Source of the DNA: Octopus bimaculoides
Taxonomy: Eukaryota
Direction: 5' to 3'
Assembly (NCBI RefSeq): GCF_001194135.2
Contig: NC_068984.1
Location: forward strand, 35,376,400 to 35,416,033
Length of the DNA stretch: 39,634 bases
How positions within the stretch are numbered: the stretch's first letter is position 1; each line of letters begins with the position of its first letter. A program made the position numbers and the translations under genes. A model generated the notes under the pieces. The model saw only the letters and a program-made list of their open reading frames with translations, was not told the DNA's origin and did not search any database. This document shows positions 25,191 through 37,589 of the stretch, in pieces.

Positions 25191-25545
25191 AGCTGAGCCC
25201 ATTTGGCGCAAAGGAGCAAAAAGAGAAAATTAATCCCTGTTCACGGTGCAAACGGGAGTCCAGATGGCTCCTGTGCAAGGACAATCCGAACACGGACAGG
25301 TGTTGCAAAGAATGACCGGTAGAGCGGAAATGGCGTGACACCGGGGTGTCGTTGCTAAGGCGGATGTCTCGGGGGTTTTCCGCGAACTGGTCAGCCAAGC
25401 GGCGTCCCGTTTGTACGATGTACAGAGAATGGCAGAGAGAGCAGGAGATGCAATAGATGATATTGATATTAGAGACAGAGACGTGTGCTAAAGAGCCGTT
25501 GAAGAGGTTACAAGATGTGTGATGAAAACGCTTTGACAAGCAAGT
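25190..25545 (-). mobile_element. Penelope-like element, GIY-YIG endonuclease remnant
   Basis: NIIYCISCSLCHSLYIVQTGRRLADQFAENPRDIR..DTPVSRHF...GHS...EQGLIF..APNGL matches the PLE GIY-YIG pattern IY..C..C...YIGQT.R.L..R..EH...P.GLN. Confidence 0.9.
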
Positions 25546-25632
25546 AAAAGAAATAATGATGAAGTTGAAGTAATGATCAAACAGCTTGTGCGTGTGTTTA
25601 ATTGGCCAATTACGACATTCCCGAAGTACAAA

Positions 25633-25665
25633 ATCTCTCTCTCTTTCTCTCTCTCGCTCTCTATA

Positions 25666-25704
<39 letters not shown>

Positions 25705-25730
25705 TTCGATATATATATATATATATATAT
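25633..25730. repeat. (CT)n(AT)n microsatellite
   Basis: Directly visible. Confidence 0.95.
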
Positions 25731-26689
25731 TCTAACATACTGTTTAAATTCGATTATGCGTGATGCGTAATCTAACAATATATTGCATATTCTCTGAATT
25801 TATGGTATATAAATGATAATCATTCATTTAATATATACATAATTCCCTGTTATTCCTATCACGCTACACATTACTGTAGTTAAATAATGAAATTACTATT
25901 GTTATATGCCCTGTTTATTATATTGCTTTGATTATGATGTACGTTATTGAAACCGTGACCTTAAGAACAATCATTTGGCCTTTACTTAATACCACAGTTT
26001 TGCTTACTCAAGTTTTTGAGCTGTAAGAATAATGAGAATGGCAATTTTTGCCTTATTTACAAATATATCTTCAACGTTAATAGGCATGCATATATTAAAG
26101 AGGTGATCGCACTATGAAAAGCAGAAAAAAAGTAGAATAATCCGAAGAACAATTGATTTATTACAAGCAGAAGTGTGAGAATATATGTAAGAACATACCA
26201 AAGGATTGCCTCCGATTTCATAATTAGGTTATTATTGATAGCCAGCTCATGTGAACGGCATATTGATCTGGCCTGTACTTAATAGATATCGTATAATGAA
26301 GATAAGATGATATAAAATAAATAAATAAACAAAAACCAAATCCTGTCTTCACTCTATTTTATGGTGTAATTCTTACACTATGAGATCAAAATTATTTTCG
26401 GAGATCGACAACTGTGTCATATATCTAAGAGTAAATAAATGCTGGCTTGAAATAGTATACTTTCTCTAGTATTTTTACTATTAGTATTTTAGGTACAAAA
26501 ATAACAGAAAATATATTGTTAACGTTATGCACATTTTCGCTTTAATGTACTTTATGTTTCTGGTTTATCACTTCGACGATTTAGCAATTTTATGCATTAC
26601 AGTCTTTTTTTCAAGTCATGGTTTAAAGATGAACTAAAGTACCACTCAAGTACTGAGGTCAAAGTAATCGGCTAACCCTTCTCCTGAAA

Positions 26690-27200
26690 CCGATGACTTC
26701 GTGATGAGGTTTGAAACAACGACCACGTAACTTTTCAGGGATATTGTTTTGAGGTTTTCTGACAAGTCTCCTCAAAGTAAAAATCTTACTGAGGATTTTA
26801 TAAAGTACAGTATTGCACTTTCCTGTAGGAGGATAATGCGTGTGTCAGCTCCAATATCCTTCAGCCACTAAGCAATTAGATTGTTGTACCAAAAGAACCT
26901 ATTACTGCAGGAATAATTCTTCACTTTATATTAAATATTCTTTTCACCTTTCTAGCTACGTGTCTTAATGCTGTCAGTTCCTTTAGTAACATATATACTA
27001 TAACATGATATGGCAAATGTTATTTCACACTTGACAGTCGTATCTGCTAGCTTCCATAATCTATAGGGAGCAATCCATATATCCTGTAATAACTACTTTC
27101 CATCACAGCCTCTGCTCCGAATTTCTATCATATTGAATCCACAAACTTGACTACCACTCCACCAATACACTCTCTTGCCTTTACACCTAATGAATGTACA
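26690..27200 (-). mobile_element. Highly degraded LINE apurinic endonuclease (RTE-like) fragment
   Basis: VIGSFGTTI*LLSG*RILEL ... KVTWS resembles the APE motif VIG.FG....N.NG.RLLE.C ... K.TW. Confidence 0.4.
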
Positions 27201-27259
27201 TAAAGCGAAACATCAAAATAGTGGAGAAGGCAATAGGCAATCCTAGAAGAGAAGGACAT

Positions 27260-27710
27260 AGGTAAGCAAAGTATTTACAGACTTATTACATGCTTACCTT
27301 CACTCGGAAAGTTTTTAACCTGCTTCATAACAGAGGAATTGTAACTACTTGGCGGAGGAGAACATATTAGAAAAAAGGGCCAAAGAGATTTAGTAAGCAA
27401 GCAAGAGGAATGACCAATCTGTTGTATATTGAAAGCATATTAAATGGAGTAAGAATAAAGAGGGTTAACAGAAATTTGGGCTAGATGGACCTCAAGAAAG
27501 TCGACGATGATATTCCACATTGTTGCCCATCAGAATACCTGAAGTCTTTCCGAATAAACGAGACGATTAACATTATTTAGCGAAAGTTATTCCACAATGG
27601 TTTTCTGAACTATGATGCGAAAATGAATCAGGATATGTGAAAGAACGCCAGTGGCATTCCAGGTAGTCTCACTCTTTCTCCATTACTTTTTATCATTGTA
27701 TTCAACGATC
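27260..27710 (+). mobile_element. R4/Dong-like RT fragment (second copy)
   Basis: YRLITCLPSLGKFLTCFITEEL, RGMTNLLYIE..MDLKKVDDDIPH and GIP..LSPLLFII match RT motifs YRPITCL, RG..DLLYID, D.KKAYD.VPH and GDSLSPLLF. Confidence 0.7.
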
Positions 27711-27757
27711 TCACGAGCATACTTCTGAATTTCAGTACTGCATATGATTTTGCAGCA

Positions 27758-27835
27758 TGTATGTATGTATGTATGTATGTATGTATGTATATATGTTTGG
27801 ATGGATGGATGTATGTATGTATGCATGTATGTATG
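27758..27835. repeat. (ATGT)n/(GGAT)n tetranucleotide repeat
   Basis: Directly visible. Confidence 0.9.
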
Positions 27836-29260
27836 CATATGAATTTGAAATAAAGAACAGGAAAAAGAGAACAGACATAGTGTGGGGGGGGACGAAATTT
27901 AGCATCTGAGAGGATAATTTTGAATTGCTGACGATTTTTTGTGGGGAATAAATGTCAAAACTAGAAAAGAAAGAAAAGTTAAAAAGAAAGTATATAACGA
28001 CAGATGAACAAAGTTTCCCTACTATCAAATACATCCCTCAAACGACGCTTACAAAGAAAAGTACAATGGATTAGACGATATAAAAAAAGGAAGTAAATTA
28101 ATTCTCTAGACAGAACAGGATTTTTTAAACAAAGATATTTTATAGACAAAGGGTGAATATAAAAACGAATAAAAATAAAGGTTTCGCTTAATAAAATGAA
28201 GTTGAATAGCACAAAATAATATAGAAGGAAGCGATATGACTCAATAGTTAAAATGAAAGGAAGACGTAAAAATTACCTTGATACTTTCGATAACGTTCCT
28301 CATGAGCTAATATCGAAAGGCGTGGAAAGCCCTTGAAATATATAAGAAATATATAAGATGTTTCCAGCAATCTTTAATTTTTTGCGATGTGGTGTAACAA
28401 ATTTCTCTATATCCCTCATCTCACCTCCTGGTAAATTATATAACACTGTTGATTGATTCTTATTCCAGGCTGCCAGAATGTGTAAAACAAGTACCTGGTG
28501 TCTGTTTATACCAGCTTTAAATTAGAAGTATTCGGCAGAGAAAAGACAGCCTTATCGTGGAAGAAGAAAGAACAGCTATGTACTTCTGCATCAGATGACG
28601 TTATTAGTACTGCTGTTTTCCTGTATTGTTTCCAGTGGACGCTTTACTTGCTTGTGTACAAATAACAATAGAACACATTTCTAGTCCAGTTATTTTCCAT
28701 AATTCAAGCAAAAGTATGCTAAATGCATAACTCAAAGCAGCGGGCGGGTTGTATTGAGAAAGGAATAAAACTTCATTAAACATAATGACATATAGATACT
28801 TGATTTCTCCAAAGTGTCACCACATTCTGCAGTAGGTTGAATTTTGTTTAGCGTCAGTGGGGGTCTCATACAAAGGAGAAGGTGAGAGAATCTTACAATA
28901 AAAAACAATCGATATTGACATGCCAATATGACAAAGAAATTCTGAATGTGTGTATGTGTGTGCGTGTTTTTACGTGTATGTATATGCATGTGTGTGTGTT
29001 TGTATATTCATGTGTCTTCGTATCATTCAATTTATATAGCTGTTTCCATAACCCAACTGTTTCCACAACCTCACTTTCACCTAAGTGTTTATTCATTTTT
29101 GTTGTGTCTTCCTTGACCGATTTATCTACAGCCTCATGTAAATATGTGCCTATATATGTCAGTCAGTAAATCAATTAATCTATCTAGAATTATTTCTCTT
29201 TGTTCTCTTCATTCTCTATCTATGCACTTCTCTGATTGCTCCTCTAAGTGTCTCCTCTCC

Positions 29261-29263
<3 letters not shown>

Positions 29264-29318
<55 letters not shown>

Positions 29319-29580
29319 GTGTTTCTCTCTACACACACGCGCTCGCACATATTTGTGTGCGTATGCACATATATATGCATAGATACATACATGTATTCAT
29401 GCATAAATATATGTGTACGTGTATATATATATACGCATATATGCCACACATACACATACAGAGACACACACACGCATATAAAAAAACCATATGAACAGCT
29501 TTTCTTTTATGCATGTTTAAGACATATATGTAATATAGAGATACACAGATGCACACGCACATTTGTGTACGTATATACAC
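29264..29580. repeat. (CT)n followed by degenerate CA/TA/TG repeats
   Basis: Directly visible. Confidence 0.9.
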
Positions 29581-29584
29581 TATT

Positions 29585-29960
29585 TACGGAGAGGTATTCC
29601 GCAACGTATTCGGGTAGACGCACAGCTCAAACTGCCTTGAAATATAATCGTGTTGGTGGCACGGTTCATTCTATCTTGTTACTCCACTAATAAATCAATT
29701 TGACATTTCGAATATCTTCATGATATCACCCGCAAACATCAATCTGTTTACACCATCATAACCTCCTTCAGTCAAAACCTGTTTTTTTCGAATGGATTTC
29801 CTACTGTTACTTCGATCGCTCATTATTTCAAAGTTTCTAGTTTTCTGGAACTATTGTAATATAATTCCTTTTCTCCATCCTTGTTGCTTCAGTATCTAAT
29901 AATCACTAAAACTATCAGTTACAAAACGAGGTATGAAACGTCATTCAGAATTACTCTTTA
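29585..29960 (-). mobile_element. Very degraded CR1-like LINE 3' coding remnant
   Basis: Minus translation ..ATRMEK..IVPEN*KL..ER.. and YFKAV*AVRLPEYVAEYLSVN resemble the CR1 C-terminal RATK..P.L..ERL and FF..RVV..WN.LP..VV.A.SVN patterns. Confidence 0.35.
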
Positions 29961-31184
29961 AATATTCAAATATTTCTCATATCTCATCCATGGAACAAAA
30001 TATAATTCAGCACCTTATCATAACAAGTACCTAATTACAATGAAAGTTATGGGTCAGAAGTTAAGAGAACAGGATACATATTGTCCAGCTTCAAATTGCA
30101 ATTGAATTTCAACGCGGAAGAATCTTGCATATTTTATTTCCTGACGCTCCATCATTATTCAACTGGGTTCGTTCGAAATGAAGTGACGAGGTCTCAAAAT
30201 ACTGAAGTTCCTCATTTACTGTTATCATTTGTGAAGGAACTCGTGGGAACTTAGTAGCATTTTCCTTACACAATTTACGTTAGAGAGATGGAATATAGGC
30301 AGATATGATTTCGCTCTCGGAGAGCAAAAAGAATTTAACAATGAAGAGAATTATCAAAGTCTAAAACGAAATAACATACCTACATATAAATCTGCCAAAC
30401 AAGAGCTAAATAATAAGATTCTCTTACTCCACGCTATATTATCTCGGTTGTTGTATTTGCACTTAATGACAGTGTATATATGACTTCTGTTTTCGTTGTG
30501 CAGCCTTTAATACTGCTTTGAACTGCATGTGACTGTGAATAAGATCGAGTCTGTAAGTGGGATGGGGTGTGTGTTTTAGGCATATAGGTAAGTATGTTGA
30601 GTATAAACTGACAAACCAAGGACAAATATATAAAATTATACAACTACCATAATGTTGAACGAAGAAAGTCGTGTGGGTTTCATTCAAAAGAAAATATAGA
30701 AACAATGAAGATTGGAGAAATAGAAAATAATACATAGGAATTATATTCTATGTAACGTGTTTGCAAGTACAATGGTTTCGTGACATAGTGGGAAGTCAAT
30801 AGAGCAACGAAGAAATAATGTGTATAAGTTTTACTCAAAAAGATGTAGATGTGGTAACGAGATTAATAGGCAATCAGTTTGTTTATTTCTGAAATATTGT
30901 TTGGTGGGTCTGGAAGTATTCGCTGCCCGTGGCTGTTGCGTACCACTCCATGATAGTATTGCTATTAAATTTCTGTTTAAAATATTGCAAATTGACTTGT
31001 CCGGTATATGATCGGGAAGTCGACTCCAGAGGCACAATGGAAGAATGATTTCATATAGTCCTTAGTGCCAAGTTTTAGTTGAATAGACATTACCTCTGTG
31101 ATGAAAGAAAGCCTTCAATTCAGTAATAATTTTGGGGGTTTTACATAATTAATTCAAAGACTAGTTACACACATGCTCACACAA

Positions 31185-31185
<1 letters not shown>

Positions 31186-31225
<40 letters not shown>

Positions 31226-31450
31226 NNNNNNNNNNNNNNNNNNNNNNNNNNNNNNNNNNNNNNNNNNNNNNNNNNNNNNNNNNNNNNNNNNNNNNNNNNN
31301 NNNNNNNNNNNNNNNNNNNNNNNNNNNNNNNNNNNNNNNNNNNNNNNNNNNNNNNNNNNNNNNNNNNNNNNNNNNNNNNNNNNNNNNNNNNNNNNNNNNN
31401 NNNNNNNNNNNNNNNNNNNNNNNNNNNNNNNATATATATATATATATATA
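31186..31450. repeat. (CA)n and (TA)n flanking N-gap 31226-31430
   Basis: Directly visible. Confidence 0.95.
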
Positions 31451-31482
31451 GGTACATACAGACACATACATGTCATGTGTTT

Positions 31483-31640
31483 CACTTCAGCAAAGCTTTC
31501 GACAGAGTCAGCCGTAATATCCTCCTCTTAAAATTCCAATATTGGTATCCATGGTAAACGAATGCACTGGATTAAGCATTTGCTTGTAAAGAAAACACAT
31601 GTTGTGATCGGTGGAATCAAGATCATGACACTTCCTCCAT
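31483..31640 (+). mobile_element. CR1/L2-group RT fragment
   Basis: HFSKAFDRVSRNILLLK ... GIHGK..HWIKHLL....VVIGG matches DFSKAFD.V.H..LL.KL...GI.GK...WI..FL. Confidence 0.7.
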
Positions 31641-32085
31641 CACGCTCTATAGTTGGAACTATACACGTAGGAGTCATCCGTTCACCAATTGTTTGCCTCA
31701 CATAAACTCTACGTCGGGGTCTAAAGATTTCAAACTTTGATTCATCTGTCGAGAGGATTCTTTTCCATTGATCAATGCTCCAGGTTTGGTGTTTTGTGGC
31801 CCATATGAGTCACATATGTTTATTCACAGGTCAAAGCGGTGGTTTCTTGACAAGGCAACGGCCATTTAGACCGGATGCAATGAGTCATCTCAGGGTTGTA
31901 GGAGGCACGTTAGCTTCGCCTGCTTCACTTGTGCAACGATTTCATCTTTTGTCAGGAGCTTGTTTCCAAGACTAGTGATTTTGATGATTTAGAAGTCAGT
32001 TTTGGATTATCTGACCGAGCTCTGTCGTTCTATTTTCGTTTCATTACAGTTTACGATGGCTGAGCAGACGGCAGTGTAGCAATAT
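31640..32085 (-). mobile_element. Tc1 transposase remnant
   Basis: WATKHQTWSIDQWKRILSTDESKFEIFRPRRRVYVRQTIGER..CIVPTIERDGGSVM contains the first catalytic Asp (DESKF, 31729-31746) and a degenerate KHGGGSVM motif. Confidence 0.9.
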
Positions 32086-32559
32086 TTAACTTTTTTGATT
32101 ATATCTCGAAAATTATAATCAAAATGTATTGCAATGTTAGCAAAAAAGCGGACGCTAAAAGGTTCTTGACAAAATTCCTAAATATGATTATTTCCATATA
32201 AAATATGTATAAATAGTGCTATTCCATATCGAATAAACCCCAAATTTTATGATATATCTTATTCCATATTTTTATACCAAAAGAATGATCTAAATCTATG
32301 ACATTCAACTAAAAAGACCACTTTCAGACATTTTGGATAGTATATGTATGTTTATGAATTTGTGTTGCAAGATTCATGAAATGAAGTCGTATTTTGCAAC
32401 ATTTCATGTCATATTTCGAGAGGGTGTATATATGTATATATATATATATATTTGCCAAATAAACACACGCACGATATATTCGTTCTTCACTCTTTTATTA
32501 ATGTTCTCATTCTAACTCATGTCCATTGTCCGGATATCTTTCATCATATATCTCTGACA

Positions 32560-33219
32560 TCCTCAGTCACACTTTCTATCTTCGTATGTGCACTGGAATA
32601 GACAGAGCAACTGCATACACGAAGGTGTCACTCAGGAGGTCACAGATGATTGATGAAATTGTTTCGAACAATGGACTTAAGTTAGACTAAAAGCATTAAT
32701 GAACGAGTGAAGAACAAATATATGCAGCCTCATCGTAATAACAAAGACTCTCTGTACTACAGAAGATATTTCATATTAACAGAAAGATAAGATGTTGCCC
32801 ACAAAAGCACAGAAGTTATCAATAAACCCAAATCCTTGGTATTTAAGCAACTGTGTACACGTATCAGCTAGGATTACTCGGATATCTAATGCACCCTCTT
32901 GACACGTGTCCGTTCCGCAGATCTCACAGCAGCCATCTACTCAATGGTCATCGGTTGTTGGGAGAACCAATATAATGATTCGAATCGAAATGGAAACAGA
33001 AGTGGAAAAGTATAACATCAATGCGTAAAATAGGGACGTCATCGCAACCACTCTTTTATTTTCGGAGTTTCCCCTACCTGTAAGTCTTCCAAGATGTGAC
33101 GGACAAACCGCCTCCTGTAGTACCAGAAAAAAAAAGCGATGAAAATAAAAAGTATGAATCTAGATTGGTGTTTTGCTTCCACAATCAATGATTTTTCTGC
33201 ATCTATATATGCAAACCAA
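32560..33219 (-). pseudogene. Candidate decayed class A GPCR, TM3 end to helix 8
   Basis: LVCIYRCRKI (33190-33219; IDRYRKI with two substitutions), SRFILFIFIAFF (TM4), VVAMTSLFYALMLYFSTSVSISIRIIILVL (TM5), LLITSVLLWATSY (TM6), HIFVLHSFINAF..SKQFHQ (TM7/H8). Frameshifts needed. Confidence 0.4.
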
Positions 33220-33599
33220 TAATCCGGCTTTTAATCAACAAATAAGACACAACTGAAAGAGATGACCATCACAATTAAATTCGATATAAAACCGTAAGCG
33301 AGCACGTAGGTTTCTAAGATTGTTTATTTGTGTGTGTATAGGAATCTTCTGTCGGTAAATAAAGATTTTTTTGTTCCTGTTTGCACTGAGCTGATATAGT
33401 AAATGCTACCCTTAACAATGCCGGCATGCGCGACGTGTATAGGACTATCAAGCTGATTCTTTTTAATTGAGGGCAATAATTTGAAATAGTAATTTTACGA
33501 AGAGTTGCTTAATATCGAAAATTGTTCCAGTGTATGGAGTATAGGTTAGAGATATATATCTGGGAAAACTATTTGAAATGCCGAAAGAAATTTGAAAAC

Positions 33600-34100
33600 A
33601 ATGCAAAAAAACATTTTCGTGGACAAAACTCAACGAAACTGAATTACCGCATAATGATAACTTTGCTGCTATAAATGCTGAAGAAAAAGTCACATACATC
33701 TTATTTGGTTTAGTTTTCGTGACGATCTAATTCAGTAACGATCAACATTGCAGTAGCATTCATACGTCACAAATCACGAATTTATTTATTTATTTATTTA
33801 TTTATTTATCTATTTCAAAACAAATGGTGTCATTGCAGATGTGTAGAAACTGGATAATGTGCAAAATCTGTTTCAAATTCTCAAATATATTCCATGAAAA
33901 CACAATTAGATGCTGGAGATATACCTCTGAGATCCTTTATTATAGACGTTAATATTGATTTTTTCTTTATTTTAGCGTTACCAAACATTTCTAAACAATC
34001 AGTATTTAATTACATTCTCGTAGACGTTCTTATATAAGTTAACTTATTTGAAATGGATTAGGTGGCAAAGCTGTTGCCGATAGGAATGCGTCTGACTACT
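33600..34100 (+). pseudogene. Weak GPCR-like N-terminus/TM1-TM3 remnant inside the 33219-35505 insertion
   Basis: LNETELPHNDNF..EEKVTYILFGLVFVT, INIAVAFIRHKSR, VIADV, CWRYTSE and AVADRN in plausible order, interrupted by (ATTT)n. Weak. Confidence 0.18.
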
Positions 34101-34424
34101 TGGAAATAAAATGTATTAAGTGTAGAAAAAAACAAAATGCATACACATTTTTAAAGTTAATTTCATTTGTCACATTTATCATTTAAAAGTTATTCTTACC
34201 AAATAAGTAGAAAATTCAATATTTTGAACTTCATTCGAACATTTTTCTCTTTATCTATTCATATCACATGTATATATGATAGGGATGGATGAAGCGAAAA
34301 ATATTCCGATCAAAGTATATATTGTTGTATTTCGGGAGGGTCAATTTTTGCCAAATAAATACACGCACTATACAATTTTTCGTTTATTGCTATTCTTATT
34401 TTATAATTTTAACTCATATCCATA

Positions 34425-34621
34425 TGTGTTACCCAAGGGAAAGGCAAAGGCCGATACGGCTTGGCACCTGTGACGTCGCAACTCATTTCTACAGCTGAGT
34501 GAACTGGAGCAACATGAAATAAAGTGTCTTGCTCAAGAACACAACGTACAGCCCGGTCCTGGATTCGAACTCACAACCGCACGATCGTAAGCTCGATGCT
34601 CTAACCACTGAGCCATGCGCC
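34425..34621 (-). mobile_element. tRNA-derived SINE (family D; Meta-domain-like)
   Basis: Reverse complement: ggcgcatggctcagtggttagagc (A box), gagttcgaatcc (B box, 34561-34572), then gtgttcttgagcaagacactttatttcatgttgctccagttcactcagctgtagaaatgagt. Confidence 0.85.
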
Positions 34622-34669
<48 letters not shown>

Positions 34670-35299
34670 ACCCCCCCACACACACACACACGTATATATA
34701 TATATATATATAATAGAATGTGACCAGAAAGGAATGAGACCTCGCTATTAGAGAACTAGAGGATTATTTATATATACTATAAATTAGAACATACAATAAA
34801 TGGGTCATTATAGTACTCAGAGATTCGAATGCCGGAGCGAAGAGATACGACACATGCTCATCAGTTATTAATGGCAGCAGACAAGACGAAAAACCGTTAA
34901 ATATAAGGGAAGTAACTGTGATACCTGGAAAAAGAAAAAAAGAAAAAGACTAAAAAATATCATAAAGTAGACAAAATAAAATTATATATAAATATACACA
35001 CAACCATATTCTCACAATACATAGACATAAACCTCCTGCGTTCACAACGTTTACATACGTACTCACTCACACAATATATATGTATGTACGTACTCATACA
35101 TACACACATATCCACACACAAGCACGAACACATGTATATATCTATGTATATATGTACACAACCTCATCCTCATAGGAGCTTACATGTATACACGTAACAT
35201 AATACATATATATTTACACATTTATGTACAGACATGCATTTGCACTCACGCAAACACACATATATATGTGATAATATCAGAGCGATATATAGAGTGTAA

Positions 35300-35435
35300 T
35301 CACCACCGAGATTCACTTTGCCTTCCATCTTTTCGGGGTCGATAAATTAAGTATCTGTTGCGTACTGGCGTCGCTCTAATTGACTGGCCCTCTCCCCAAA
35401 ACGTCTGGGTTTGTGCCTAGAGTAGAAAAGAATAT
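35300..35435 (+). mobile_element. SINE family B (Nin-like), 3' part
   Basis: ccgagattcactttgccttccatcttttcggggtcgataaattaagt...tagagtagaaaagaatat. Confidence 0.75.
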
Positions 35436-35505
35436 AGAACGTCAGCATGTAGTACTCAGTGATATCAGAAATCAGAATCGTAATTATTCATAAGGATAAG
35501 TTAAT

Positions 35506-35901
35506 CCAGATGCAAAAACTCTGCTAGTTTCCAAAATATGATCAGGTATGGAAAGAGAAAATCAGTCGGAGACACTTCTCTGTGGCTTCCTTGGAGACTA
35601 TATCAATATTTTGTTTTCTATAATATAAGGTTTTCTATGATATAAGGCTTCTACAATCAATGAGGTTTTCTATGATATAAGGTTTTCTATATTATAAGGC
35701 TTCTACAATCAATAAGGTTTTCCCTTATATAAAGCTTCTACAATCAATGATCTTTCTGCATCTATATATGCAAACCAGATGCAAAAAATCCGCTAGTCTC
35801 CAAACTATGATCAGGTATGCAAAGAGAAAATCGGTCGGAGACACTTCTCTGTGGATTCCTTGGAGACTATATCAATATTTTGTTTTTTATAATATAAGGT
35901 T
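35506..35901. repeat. Tandem duplication (35506-35632 vs 35775-35901, offset 269 bp) with short-repeat spacer; minus strand encodes a TM3-like segment
   Basis: ccagatgcaaaaa...gatcaggtatg.aaagagaaaatc.gtcggagacacttctctgtgg.ttccttggagactatatcaatattttgtttt.tataatataagg occurs twice. The spacer holds three copies of aggcttctacaatcaat-like sequence. Confidence 0.9.
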
Positions 35902-36469
35902 TGAAAAACACGGTCCTCCTCTAAGTGGTATGTGTTACTTCTCCTGGTAGGTAAACTCCTATGTGCTGTCCCTCTCTTCGGAGGAGACCCTTGCATTTGC
36001 CAAGTCCGTTCTTTCCAATAGATACATCTTAGTTGTTAAGGCTAGCAGCTGCAGCAAAATTAAAATTTTTTTTATTACTTTAGATTCGGTATTCACTTGT
36101 TGGTTTCGCGGTTTAGTTATTTCTCTCTCAATTGCCTCCGTGATAATTTCATCTTCTTCACACGAAGAAGAAGCGGATAAATTGTTAATGAAATGTGTCA
36201 TCCTTAAAGGTTTCCCCCTCCGAAAAGGGGAAAAGGCAACAGGACTGCTACGACGCATATAAATAAAACAAAAATTGGCAACAACAGGTAACACAGGACA
36301 CTTCAACAATAAGAATTTACAAATTTTTTAAACAAAATACGTTGGCAGGAGTAAAACACGTTCAACAACTCCAGATATCCGTTTTCAAATTGAAGAATGT
36401 ATCTTCTACTAGTTGATTAAATAGCAAAAGATTTAACCTTACAAGTTAACCTTACAAAGCATGTGTGTA

Positions 36470-36522
36470 GCAGAAGAAGAAGAAGAAGAAGAAGAAGAAG
36501 AACAACAACAACAACAACAACA

Positions 36523-36553
<31 letters not shown>

Positions 36554-36559
36554 CAACAA
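36470..36559. repeat. Compound trinucleotide microsatellite (GAA)n(CAA)n(CAG)n(CAA)n
   Basis: Directly visible. Confidence 0.95.
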
Positions 36560-37507
36560 GGATCACAACAACAAAACATTGGAAGACAGAAGGCGAAGTA
36601 GGGGAAGGAGGGGAAGAGAAACAAGAGAAAACAGAAAATAAAATCATGAGAAATATATGAAATAAAACGAAAAAATAAAAATAAAATTACAATAAAAAAA
36701 TAAAATTACAATAAAAAAATAAAAAGTAAGAAATAGGATTAATAGTAATTAAGAACAGTGGGGGAAGATTTAAGTCTATCAAGATTAACCAAAGAGCAAA
36801 TTTAGAAATGGTCAGTATTGTGTACTTGTCAAAAGCTGACCTATGTGTTGAGGTCACCTATTCAATTCTCACAGGTGGGATGGTGCATACACATACATAC
36901 ATAGAGACACACACACACCTATATACATATATACACACATGTACACACATACATACACATAGTAATAAACTTATATGTCTCGACTTATAGAATTGCTTTT
37001 ACACACACATGTGTATACATACATGTACATATACATACGCGTATACGAGCGCACTTATGCACACATATCAATACACACTCTCATATATACGTATATATAT
37101 ATGCGTGTACACATACATATACATGCATATATAAACATACCCATATACATACATATAAACATACCCATATAAACATACCCATATACATACATATCGATTA
37201 TATACACATACATATACACATACATATATACACATACATATTTTCGGCTAGGTTCGATCACCCCCGTCGCCCGTCACTTCTGCTTGGCCAATCACTCCCC
37301 CTCTAAGATCTCCGTCTTTGGACTCGTTCTACAGCACGGACCCACACATTCACGACTCCGCCTGGGATAGCGGTATATTTTTAATCTACGAATAACTATC
37401 CCCTTCGGACTAAATACAACTGCCTCCTCCTATTGAGTGCCTCTACACTTCTTGCAACTAAGCAACCTTACTTAATTTTTCATTCTTTGCTTGTAATTGC
37501 AGCAGTT

Positions 37508-37548
37508 AAAGAAGTTAATGCAATATAAAATATTGCATTAACTTCTTT
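37508..37548. repeat. Perfect 19-bp inverted repeat with 3-nt loop
   Basis: aaagaagttaatgcaatat-aaa-atattgcattaacttcttt. Confidence 0.95.
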
Positions 37549-37589
37549 GTCTCCTTTCAACCTTATATTTTATAATTTATTGTTTTTAT

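Noticed and set aside
25740-26600. Hydrophobic minus-strand translations (ILWYVLTYILTLLLVINQLFF...)
   Set aside because: Consistent with random AT-rich translation. No conserved motif.
28265-28330. YLDTFDNVPHELISK, RT-like
   Set aside because: Too short and isolated to call. Possibly a LINE crumb.
29640-29670. KYNRVGGTV resembling the piggyBac YN..KGGVD motif
   Set aside because: A single short match. The opposite strand fits a CR1 C-terminus better.
34561-34621. tRNA gene candidates (A/B boxes at 34561-34621, 3015-3026, 4472-4484)
   Set aside because: They do not close into a cloverleaf and run straight into SINE bodies. These are SINE heads, not tRNA genes.
35959-36309. Overlapping ORFs 35959-36309 (-) and 35963-36262 (+)
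   Set aside because: Neither translation resembles a known family. Only a frameshifted alternative frame gives a weak TM1-like segment, noted under findings.
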